64,000 nt of DNA, from NCBI GenBank assembly GCA_964016885.1, contig OZ024741.1, positions 243,660,001 through 243,724,000 on the forward strand, given 5' to 3'. How positions within the stretch are numbered: position 1 is the first letter of the stretch; each line of letters begins with the position of its first letter. The translations under genes were made by a program, and so were the position numbers. Below, in pieces: positions 1 through 10,815 of the stretch. This DNA is from Eledone cirrhosa (taxonomy: Eukaryota). The notes under the pieces are model-generated. The model did not search any database, was not told where the DNA came from, and was given only the letters and a program-made list of their open reading frames with translations.

Positions 1-35
1 CTTCCTCATTTAACATGGGCAGCTTTTCTTGAAAA

Positions 36-3000
36 TCACACCACACTCAGCAAATGTGTGTCTGCACATGTACCAGTAATTACAGATCAATCCGCCCACG
101 GGCGGCCGGCCCACGATCGAAAATGTAACTCCGCCGGCAAATTCGCATTTTTGTGATTCATTTCTTCGAAGCACACCATTCGCTGGTGGACTTCAGCTTC
201 CTCATTTAGCATGGACAGCTTTTCTTGAAAATCACACCACACACAGCCAATGAGTGTCTGCACATGTACCAGTAATTACAGATCGATCCGACCACGGGCG
301 GCCTGCCTACGATCGAAAAGGTAACTCCGCCGGCAAATTCGCATTTTTGTGATTCGTTTCTTCGAAGCACACCATTCGCCGCCGGACTTCAGCTTCCTCA
401 TTTAGCATGGGCAGCTTTTCTTGAAAATCACACCACTCACAGCAAATGTGTGTCTGCACATGTACCAGTAATTACAGATCGATCCGACAACGGGCGGCCG
501 GCCCACGATCGAAAAGGTAACTCCGCCGGCAAATTCGCATTTTTGTGATTCGTTTCTTCGAAGCACACCATTCGCCGCCGGACTTCAGCTTCCTCATTTA
601 GCATGGGCAGCTTTTCTTGAAAATCACACCACACACAGCAAATGTGTGTCTGCACAGGTACCAGTAATTACAGATCGATCCGGCCACGAACGGCTGGCCC
701 ACGATCGAAAAGGTAACTCCGCCGGCAAATCCTAATTTTTGTGATTCGTTTCTTCGAAGCACACCATTCGCCGCCGGACTTCAGCTGCCTCATTTAGCAT
801 GGGCAGCTTTTCTTGAAAATCACACCACTCACAGCCAATGAGTCTCTGCACAGGTACCACTAATTACAGATCGATACGACCAGGGGCGGCCTGCCCACGA
901 TCGAAAAGGTAACTCCGCCGGCAAATCCGCATTTTTGTGATTCGTTTCTTCGAAGCACACCATTCGCCACCGGACTTCAGCTTCCTCATTTAGCAGGGGC
1001 AGCTTTTCTTAAAAATCACACCACACTCAGCAAATGTGTGTCTGCACATGTACCAGTAATTACAGATCGATCCGACCACGGGCGGCCTGCCCACGATCGA
1101 AAAGGTAACTCCGCTGGCAAATTCGCATTTTTGTGATTCGTTTCTTCGAAGCACACCATTCGCTGGTGGACTTCAGCTTCCTCATTTAACATGGGCAGCT
1201 TTTCTTGAAAATCACACCACACTCAGGAAATGTGTGTCTGCACATGTACCAGTAATTACAGATCGATCCGCCCACGGGCGGCCGGCCCACGATCGAAAAT
1301 GTAACTCCGCCGGCAAATTCGCATTTTTGTGATTCGTTTCTTCGAAGCACACCATTCGCTGGTGGACTTCAGCTTCCTCATTTAGCATGGGCAGCTTTTC
1401 TTGAAAATCACACCACTCACAGACTATGAGTCTCTGCACATGTACCACTAATTACACATCGATACGACCACGGGCGGCCTGCCCACGATCGAAAAGGTAA
1501 CTCCGCCGGCAAATCCGCATTTTTGTGATTCGTTTCTTCGAAGCACACCATTCGCCGCCGGACTTCAGCTTCCTCATTTAGCATGGGCAGCTTTTCTTAA
1601 AAATCACACCACACTCAGCAAATATGTGTCTGCACATGTACCAGTAATTACAGATCGATCCGACCACGGGCGGCCTGCCCACGATCGAAAAGGTAACTCC
1701 GCCGGCAAATCCGCATTTTTGTGATTCGTTTCTTCGAAGCACACCATTCGCTGGTGGACTTCAGCTTCCTCATTTAACATGGGCAGCTTTTCTTGAAAAT
1801 CACACCACACTCAGCAAATGTGTGTCTGCACATGTACCAGTAATTACAGATCGATCCGCCCACGGGCGGCCGGCCCACGATCGAAAATGTAACTCCGCCG
1901 GCAAATTCGCATTTTTGTGATTCATTTCTTCGAAGCACACCATTCGCTGGTGGACTTCAGCTTCCTCATTTAGCATGGGCAGCTTTTCTTGAAAATCACA
2001 CCACACACAGCGAATGTGTGTCTACACAGGTACCAGTAATTACAGATCGATCCGACCACGGACGGCTGGCCCAGGATCGAAAAGGTAACTCCGGCGGCAA
2101 ATTCGCATTTTTGTGATTCGTTTCTTCGAAGCACACCATTCGCTGGTGGACTTCAGCTTCCTCATTTAGCATGGGCAGCTTTTCTTGAAAATCACACCAC
2201 ACACAGCCAATGAGTGTCTGCACATGTACCAGTAATTACAGATCGATCCGACCACGGGCGGCCGGCCCACGATCGAAAAGGTAACTCCGCCGGCAAATTC
2301 GCATTTTTGTGATTCGTTTCTTCGAAGCACACCATTCGCCGCCGGACTTCAGCTTCCTCATTTAGCATGGGCAGCTTTTCTTGAAAATCACACCACACAC
2401 AGCAAATGTGTGTCTGCACATGTACCAGTACGTACAGATCGATCCGACCACGGGCGGCCGGCCCACATTCGAAAAGGTTACTCCGCCTGCAAATCGTCAT
2501 TTTCGGATTCGTTTTCTTCGAAGCACACCATTCGCCGGCGGACTTCAGCTGCCTCATTTAGCATGGGCAGCTTTTCTTGAAAATCACACCACACACAGCA
2601 AATGTGTCTCTGCACATGTACCACTAATTACAGATCGATACGACCACGGGCGGCCTGCCCACCATCGAAAAGGTAACTCCGCCGGCAAATCCGCATTTTT
2701 GTGATTCGTTTCTTCGAAGCACACCATTCGCCGCCGGACTTCAGCTTCCTCATTTAGCATGGGCAGCTTTTCTTGAAAATCACACCACACACAGCAAATG
2801 TGTGTCTGCACAGGTACCAGTAATTACAGATCGATCCGACCACGAACGGCTGGCCCACGATCGAAAAGGTAACTCCGCCGGCAAATCCTTATTTTTGTGA
2901 TTCGTTTCTTCGAAGCACACCATTCGCCGCCGGACTTCAGCTGCCTCATTTAGCATGGGCAGCTTTTCTTGAAAATCACACCACTCACAGCCAATGAGTC

Positions 3001-4543
3001 TCTGCACAGGTACCACTAATTACAGATCGATACGACCAGGGGCGGCCTGCCCACGATCGAAAAGGTAACTCCGCCGGCAAATCCGCATTTTTGTGATTCG
3101 TTTCTTCGAAGCACACCATTCGCCGCCGGACTTCAGCTTCCTCATTTAGCATGGGCAGCTTTTCTTAAAAATCACACCACACTCAGCAAATGTGTGTCTG
3201 CACATGTACCAGTAATTACAGATCGATCCGCCCACGGGCGGCCGGCCCACGATCGAAAATATAACTCCGCCGGCAAATTCGCATTTTTGTGATTCGTTTC
3301 TTCGAAGCACACCATTCGCTGGTGGACTTCAGCTTCCTCATTTAGCATGGGCAGCTTTTCTTGAAAATCACACCACACACAGCAAATGTGTGTCTACACA
3401 GGTACCAGTAATTACAGATCGATCCGACCACGGACGGCTGGCCCAGGATCGAAAAGGTAACTCCGCCGGCAAATTCGCATTTTTGTGATTCGTTTCTTCG
3501 AAGCACACCATTCGCCGCCGGACTTCAGCTTCCTCATTTAGCATGGGCAGCTTTTCTTGAAAATCACACCACTCACAGCAAATGTGTGTCTGCACATGTA
3601 CCAGTAATTACAGATCGATCCGCCCACGGGCGGCCGGCCCACGATCGAAAATATAACTCCGCCGGCAAATTCGCATTTTTGTGATTCGTTTCTTCGAAGC
3701 ACACCATTCGCTGGTGGACTTCAGCTTCCTCATTTAGCATGGGCAGCTTTTCTTGAAAATCACACCACACACAGCAAATGTGTGTCTACACAGGTACCAG
3801 TAATTACAGATCGATCCGACCACGGACGGCTGGCCCAGGATCGAAAAGGTAACTCCGGCGGCAAATTCGCATTTTTGTGATTCGTTTCTTCGAAGCACAC
3901 CATTCGCCGCCGGACTTCAGCTTCCTCATTTAGCATGGGCAGCTTTTCTTGAGAATCACACCACTCACAGCCAATGAGTCTCTGCACATGTACCACTAAT
4001 TACAGATCGATCCGCCCACGGGCGGCCGGCCCACGATCGAAAATGTAACTCCGCCGGCAAATTCGCATTTTTGTGATTCGTTTCTTCGAAGCACACCATT
4101 CGCTGGTGGACTTCAGCTTCCTCATTTAGCATGGGCAGCTTTTCTTGAAAATCACACCACTCACAGACAATGAGTCTCTGCACATGTACCACTAATTACA
4201 GATCGATACGACCACGGGCGGCCTGCCCACGATCGAAAAGGTAACTCCGCCGGCAAATCCGCATTTTTGTGATTCGTTTCTTCGAAGCACACCATTCGCC
4301 GCCGGACTTCAGCTTCCTCATTTAGCATGGGCAGCTTTTCTTAAAAATCACACCACACTCAGCAAATGTGTGTCTGCACATGTACCAGTAATTACAGATC
4401 GATCCGACCACGGGCGGCCTGCCCACGATCGAAAAGGTAACTCCGCCGGCAAATTCGCATTTTTGCGATTCGTTTCTTCGAAGCACACCATTCGCTGGTG
4501 GACTTCAGCTTCCTCATTTAACATGGGCAGCTTTTCTTGAAAA
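36..4543. repeat. 23-mer higher-order repeat (HOR-A, 4508 bp), full copy
   Basis: Ordered set of 23 distinguishable monomers: m0 GATCAATCC/ATGGACAG, m1 GCCTAC, m2 GACAAC, m3 CGGCCACGAA, m4 CGCCACC/CAGGGG, m5 CCGCTGG, m7 TACACATC, m8 AATATG, m10 CGAATG, m12 divergent, m13 ACCATC, m14 CCTTA, m16/m18 AATATA, m19 GAGAAT, m22 TTGCGA. m0 recurs at 4544. Confidence 0.93.
2388..2583. repeat. Highly diverged landmark monomer D (also at 8660, 13168, 16108, 23360, 28456, 32964, 57076, 61585)
   Basis: Carries GTACGTAC, CACATTCG, GGTTAC, GCCTGC, AAATCGTCATTTTCGGATTCGTTTTC and CGCCGGCG in place of the usual sequence. Confidence 0.95.
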
Positions 4544-6307
4544 TCACACCACACTCAGCAAATGTGTGTCTGCACATGTACCAGTAATTACAGATCAATC
4601 CGCCCACGGGCGGCCGGCCCACGATCGAAAATGTAACTCCGCCGGCAAATTCGCATTTTTGTGATTCATTTCTTCGAAGCACACCATTCGCTGGTGGACT
4701 TCAGCTTCCTCATTTAGCATGGACAGCTTTTCTTGAAAATCACACCACACACAGCCAATGAGTGTCTGCACATGTACCAGTAATTACAGATCGATCCGAC
4801 CACGGGCGGCCTGCCTACGATCGAAAAGGTAACTCCGCCGGCAAATTCGCATTTTTGTGATTCGTTTCTTCGAAGCACACCATTCGCCGCCGGACTTCAG
4901 CTTCCTCATTTAGCATGGGCAGCTTTTCTTGAAAATCACACCACTCACAGCAAATGTGTGTCTGCACATGTACCAGTAATTACAGATCGATCCGACAACG
5001 GGCGGCCGGCCCACGATCGAAAAGGTAACTCCGCCGGCAAATTCGCATTTTTGTGATTCGTTTCTTCGAAGCACACCATTCGCCGCCGGACTTCAGCTTC
5101 CTCATTTAGCATGGGCAGCTTTTCTTGAAAATCACACCACACACAGCAAATGTGTGTCTGCACAGGTACCAGTAATTACAGATCGATCCGGCCACGAACG
5201 GCTGGCCCACGATCGAAAAGGTAACTCCGCCGGCAAATCCTAATTTTTGTGATTCGTTTCTTCGAAGCACACCATTCGCCGCCGGACTTCAGCTGCCTCA
5301 TTTAGCATGGGCAGCTTTTCTTGAAAATCACACCACTCACAGCCAATGAGTCTCTGCACAGGTACCACTAATTACAGATCGATACGACCAGGGGCGGCCT
5401 GCCCACGATCGAAAAGGTAACTCCGCCGGCAAATCCGCATTTTTGTGATTCGTTTCTTCGAAGCACACCATTCGCCACCGGACTTCAGCTTCCTCATTTA
5501 GCAGGGGCAGCTTTTCTTAAAAATCACACCACACTCAGCAAATGTGTGTCTGCACATGTACCAGTAATTACAGATCGATCCGACCACGGGCGGCCTGCCC
5601 ACGATCGAAAAGGTAACTCCGCTGGCAAATTCGCATTTTTGTGATTCGTTTCTTCGAAGCACACCATTCGCTGGTGGACTTCAGCTTCCTCATTTAACAT
5701 GGGCAGCTTTTCTTGAAAATCACACCACACTCAGCAAATGTGTGTCTGCACATGTACCAGTAATTACAGATCGATCCGCCCACGGGCGGCCGGCCCACGA
5801 TCGAAAATGTAACTCCGCCGGCAAATTCGCATTTTTGTGATTCGTTTCTTCGAAGCACACCATTCGCTGGTGGACTTCAGCTTCCTCATTTAGCATGGGC
5901 AGCTTTTCTTGAAAATCACACCACTCACAGACTATGAGTCTCTGCACATGTACCACTAATTACACATCGATACGACCACGGGCGGCCTGCCCACGATCGA
6001 AAAGGTAACTCCGCCGGCAAATCCGCATTTTTGTGATTCGTTTCTTCGAAGCACACCATTCGCCGCCGGACTTCAGCTTCCTCATTTAGCATGGGCAGCT
6101 TTTCTTAAAAATCACACCACACTCAGCAAATGTGTGTCTGCACATGTACCAGTAATTACAGATCGATCCGACCACGGGCGGCCTGCCCACGATCGAAAAG
6201 GTAACTCCGCCGGCAAATTCGCATTTTTGCGATTCGTTTCTTCGAAGCACACCATTCGCTGGTGGACTTCAGCTTCCTCATTTAACATGGGCAGCTTTTC
6301 TTGAAAA
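4544..6307. repeat. Truncated HOR-A variant, 9-mer (m0-m7 + m22; m8-m21 missing)
   Basis: After the m7-type monomer at 5916 the TTGCGA (m22) monomer follows directly at 6112, and m0 restarts at 6308. Confidence 0.9.
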
Positions 6308-9300
6308 TCACACCACACTCAGCAAATGTGTGTCTGCACATGTACCAGTAATTACAGATCAATCCGCCCACGGGCGGCCGGCCCACGATCGAAAATGTAA
6401 CTCCGCCGGCAAATTCGCATTTTTGTGATTCATTTCTTCGAAGCACACCATTCGCTGGTGGACTTCAGCTTCCTCATTTAGCATGGACAGCTTTTCTTGA
6501 AAATCACACCACACACAGCCAATGAGTGTCTGCACATGTACCAGTAATTACAGATCGATCCGACCACGGGCGGCCTGCCTACGATCGAAAAGGTAACTCC
6601 GCCGGCAAATTCGCATTTTTGTGATTCGTTTCTTCGAAGCACACCATTCGCCGCCGGACTTCAGCTTCCTCATTTAGCATGGGCAGCTTTTCTTGAAAAT
6701 CACACCACTCACAGCAAATGTGTGTCTGCACATGTACCAGTAATTACAGATCGATCCGACAACGGGCGGCCGGCCCACGATCGAAAAGGTAACTCCGCCG
6801 GCAAATTCGCATTTTTGTGATTCGTTTCTTCGAAGCACACCATTCGCCGCCGGACTTCAGCTTCCTCATTTAGCATGGGCAGCTTTTCTTGAAAATCACA
6901 CCACACACAGCAAATGTGTGTCTGCACAGGTACCAGTAATTACAGATCGATCCGGCCACGAACGGCTGGCCCACGATCGAAAAGGTAACTCCGCCGGCAA
7001 ATCCTAATTTTTGTGATTCGTTTCTTCGAAGCACACCATTCGCCGCCGGACTTCAGCTGCCTCATTTAGCATGGGCAGCTTTTCTTGAAAATCACACCAC
7101 TCACAGCCAATGAGTCTCTGCACAGGTACCACTAATTACAGATCGATACGACCAGGGGCGGCCTGCCCACGATCGAAAAGGTAACTCCGCCGGCAAATCC
7201 GCATTTTTGTGATTCGTTTCTTCGAAGCACACCATTCGCCACCGGACTTCAGCTTCCTCATTTAGCAGGGGCAGCTTTTCTTAAAAATCACACCACACTC
7301 AGCAAATGTGTGTCTGCACATGTACCAGTAATTACAGATCGATCCGACCACGGGCGGCCTGCCCACGATCGAAAAGGTAACTCCGCTGGCAAATTCGCAT
7401 TTTTGTGATTCGTTTCTTCGAAGCACACCATTCGCTGGTGGACTTCAGCTTCCTCATTTAACATGGGCAGCTTTTCTTGAAAATCACACCACACTCAGGA
7501 AATGTGTGTCTGCACATGTACCAGTAATTACAGATCGATCCGCCCACGGGCGGCCGGCCCACGATCGAAAATGTAACTCCGCCGGCAAATTCGCATTTTT
7601 GTGATTCGTTTCTTCGAAGCACACCATTCGCTGGTGGACTTCAGCTTCCTCATTTAGCATGGGCAGCTTTTCTTGAAAATCACACCACTCACAGACTATG
7701 AGTCTCTGCACATGTACCACTAATTACACATCGATACGACCACGGGCGGCCTGCCCACGATCGAAAAGGTAACTCCGCCGGCAAATCCGCATTTTTGTGA
7801 TTCGTTTCTTCGAAGCACACCATTCGCCGCCGGACTTCAGCTTCCTCATTTAGCATGGGCAGCTTTTCTTAAAAATCACACCACACTCAGCAAATATGTG
7901 TCTGCACATGTACCAGTAATTACAGATCGATCCGACCACGGGCGGCCTGCCCACGATCGAAAAGGTAACTCCGCCGGCAAATCCGCATTTTTGTGATTCG
8001 TTTCTTCGAAGCACACCATTCGCTGGTGGACTTCAGCTTCCTCATTTAACATGGGCAGCTTTTCTTGAAAATCACACCACACTCAGCAAATGTGTGTCTG
8101 CACATGTACCAGTAATTACAGATCGATCCGCCCACGGGCGGCCGGCCCACGATCGAAAATGTAACTCCGCCGGCAAATTCGCATTTTTGTGATTCATTTC
8201 TTCGAAGCACACCATTCGCTGGTGGACTTCAGCTTCCTCATTTAGCATGGGCAGCTTTTCTTGAAAATCACACCACACACAGCGAATGTGTGTCTACACA
8301 GGTACCAGTAATTACAGATCGATCCGACCACGGACGGCTGGCCCAGGATCGAAAAGGTAACTCCGGCGGCAAATTCGCATTTTTGTGATTCGTTTCTTCG
8401 AAGCACACCATTCGCTGGTGGACTTCAGCTTCCTCATTTAGCATGGGCAGCTTTTCTTGAAAATCACACCACACACAGCCAATGAGTGTCTGCACATGTA
8501 CCAGTAATTACAGATCGATCCGACCACGGGCGGCCGGCCCACGATCGAAAAGGTAACTCCGCCGGCAAATTCGCATTTTTGTGATTCGTTTCTTCGAAGC
8601 ACACCATTCGCCGCCGGACTTCAGCTTCCTCATTTAGCATGGGCAGCTTTTCTTGAAAATCACACCACACACAGCAAATGTGTGTCTGCACATGTACCAG
8701 TACGTACAGATCGATCCGACCACGGGCGGCCGGCCCACATTCGAAAAGGTTACTCCGCCTGCAAATCGTCATTTTCGGATTCGTTTTCTTCGAAGCACAC
8801 CATTCGCCGGCGGACTTCAGCTGCCTCATTTAGCATGGGCAGCTTTTCTTGAAAATCACACCACACACAGCAAATGTGTCTCTGCACATGTACCACTAAT
8901 TACAGATCGATACGACCACGGGCGGCCTGCCCACCATCGAAAAGGTAACTCCGCCGGCAAATCCGCATTTTTGTGATTCGTTTCTTCGAAGCACACCATT
9001 CGCCGCCGGACTTCAGCTTCCTCATTTAGCATGGGCAGCTTTTCTTGAAAATCACACCACACACAGCAAATGTGTGTCTGCACAGGTACCAGTAATTACA
9101 GATCGATCCGACCACGAACGGCTGGCCCACGATCGAAAAGGTAACTCCGCCGGCAAATCCTTATTTTTGTGATTCGTTTCTTCGAAGCACACCATTCGCC
9201 GCCGGACTTCAGCTGCCTCATTTAGCATGGGCAGCTTTTCTTGAAAATCACACCACTCACAGCCAATGAGTCTCTGCACAGGTACCACTAATTACAGATC

Positions 9301-10815
9301 GATACGACCAGGGGCGGCCTGCCCACGATCGAAAAGGTAACTCCGCCGGCAAATCCGCATTTTTGTGATTCGTTTCTTCGAAGCACACCATTCGCCGCCG
9401 GACTTCAGCTTCCTCATTTAGCATGGGCAGCTTTTCTTAAAAATCACACCACACTCAGCAAATGTGTGTCTGCACATGTACCAGTAATTACAGATCGATC
9501 CGCCCACGGGCGGCCGGCCCACGATCGAAAATATAACTCCGCCGGCAAATTCGCATTTTTGTGATTCGTTTCTTCGAAGCACACCATTCGCTGGTGGACT
9601 TCAGCTTCCTCATTTAGCATGGGCAGCTTTTCTTGAAAATCACACCACACACAGCAAATGTGTGTCTACACAGGTACCAGTAATTACAGATCGATCCGAC
9701 CACGGACGGCTGGCCCAGGATCGAAAAGGTAACTCCGCCGGCAAATTCGCATTTTTGTGATTCGTTTCTTCGAAGCACACCATTCGCCGCCGGACTTCAG
9801 CTTCCTCATTTAGCATGGGCAGCTTTTCTTGAAAATCACACCACTCACAGCAAATGTGTGTCTGCACATGTACCAGTAATTACAGATCGATCCGCCCACG
9901 GGCGGCCGGCCCACGATCGAAAATATAACTCCGCCGGCAAATTCGCATTTTTGTGATTCGTTTCTTCGAAGCACACCATTCGCTGGTGGACTTCAGCTTC
10001 CTCATTTAGCATGGGCAGCTTTTCTTGAAAATCACACCACACACAGCAAATGTGTGTCTACACAGGTACCAGTAATTACAGATCGATCCGACCACGGACG
10101 GCTGGCCCAGGATCGAAAAGGTAACTCCGGCGGCAAATTCGCATTTTTGTGATTCGTTTCTTCGAAGCACACCATTCGCCGCCGGACTTCAGCTTCCTCA
10201 TTTAGCATGGGCAGCTTTTCTTGAGAATCACACCACTCACAGCCAATGAGTCTCTGCACATGTACCACTAATTACAGATCGATCCGCCCACGGGCGGCCG
10301 GCCCACGATCGAAAATGTAACTCCGCCGGCAAATTCGCATTTTTGTGATTCGTTTCTTCGAAGCACACCATTCGCTGGTGGACTTCAGCTTCCTCATTTA
10401 GCATGGGCAGCTTTTCTTGAAAATCACACCACTCACAGACAATGAGTCTCTGCACATGTACCACTAATTACAGATCGATACGACCACGGGCGGCCTGCCC
10501 ACGATCGAAAAGGTAACTCCGCCGGCAAATCCGCATTTTTGTGATTCGTTTCTTCGAAGCACACCATTCGCCGCCGGACTTCAGCTTCCTCATTTAGCAT
10601 GGGCAGCTTTTCTTAAAAATCACACCACACTCAGCAAATGTGTGTCTGCACATGTACCAGTAATTACAGATCGATCCGACCACGGGCGGCCTGCCCACGA
10701 TCGAAAAGGTAACTCCGCCGGCAAATTCGCATTTTTGCGATTCGTTTCTTCGAAGCACACCATTCGCTGGTGGACTTCAGCTTCCTCATTTAACATGGGC
10801 AGCTTTTCTTGAAAA
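6308..10815. repeat. HOR-A full 23-mer copy
   Basis: Same monomer order as 36-4543, shifted by 6272 bp; m0 restarts at 10816. Confidence 0.93.

Noticed and set aside
36-231. Identity with the Trypanosoma cruzi 195-bp satellite or primate alpha satellite
   Set aside because: Only the size range is similar; I see no sequence match to those monomers as I recall them. BLAST would be needed to assign a family.
36-231. Tandem 5S rRNA, tRNA or spliced-leader RNA gene array
   Set aside because: No recognisable 5S sequence, tRNA cloverleaf or A/B boxes, or known spliced-leader sequence on either strand; an Infernal/Rfam scan would settle it.
352-368. CENP-B-box-like motif on the minus strand (CTTCGAAGAAACGAATC)
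   Set aside because: It does not fit the required TTCGNNNNANNCGGG core: the spacing is one base short and CGGG is absent.
2381-2704. 107-aa plus-strand ORF recurring 9 times
   Set aside because: It arises only because monomer D removes stop codons; useful as a marker for D, with no evidence of coding.
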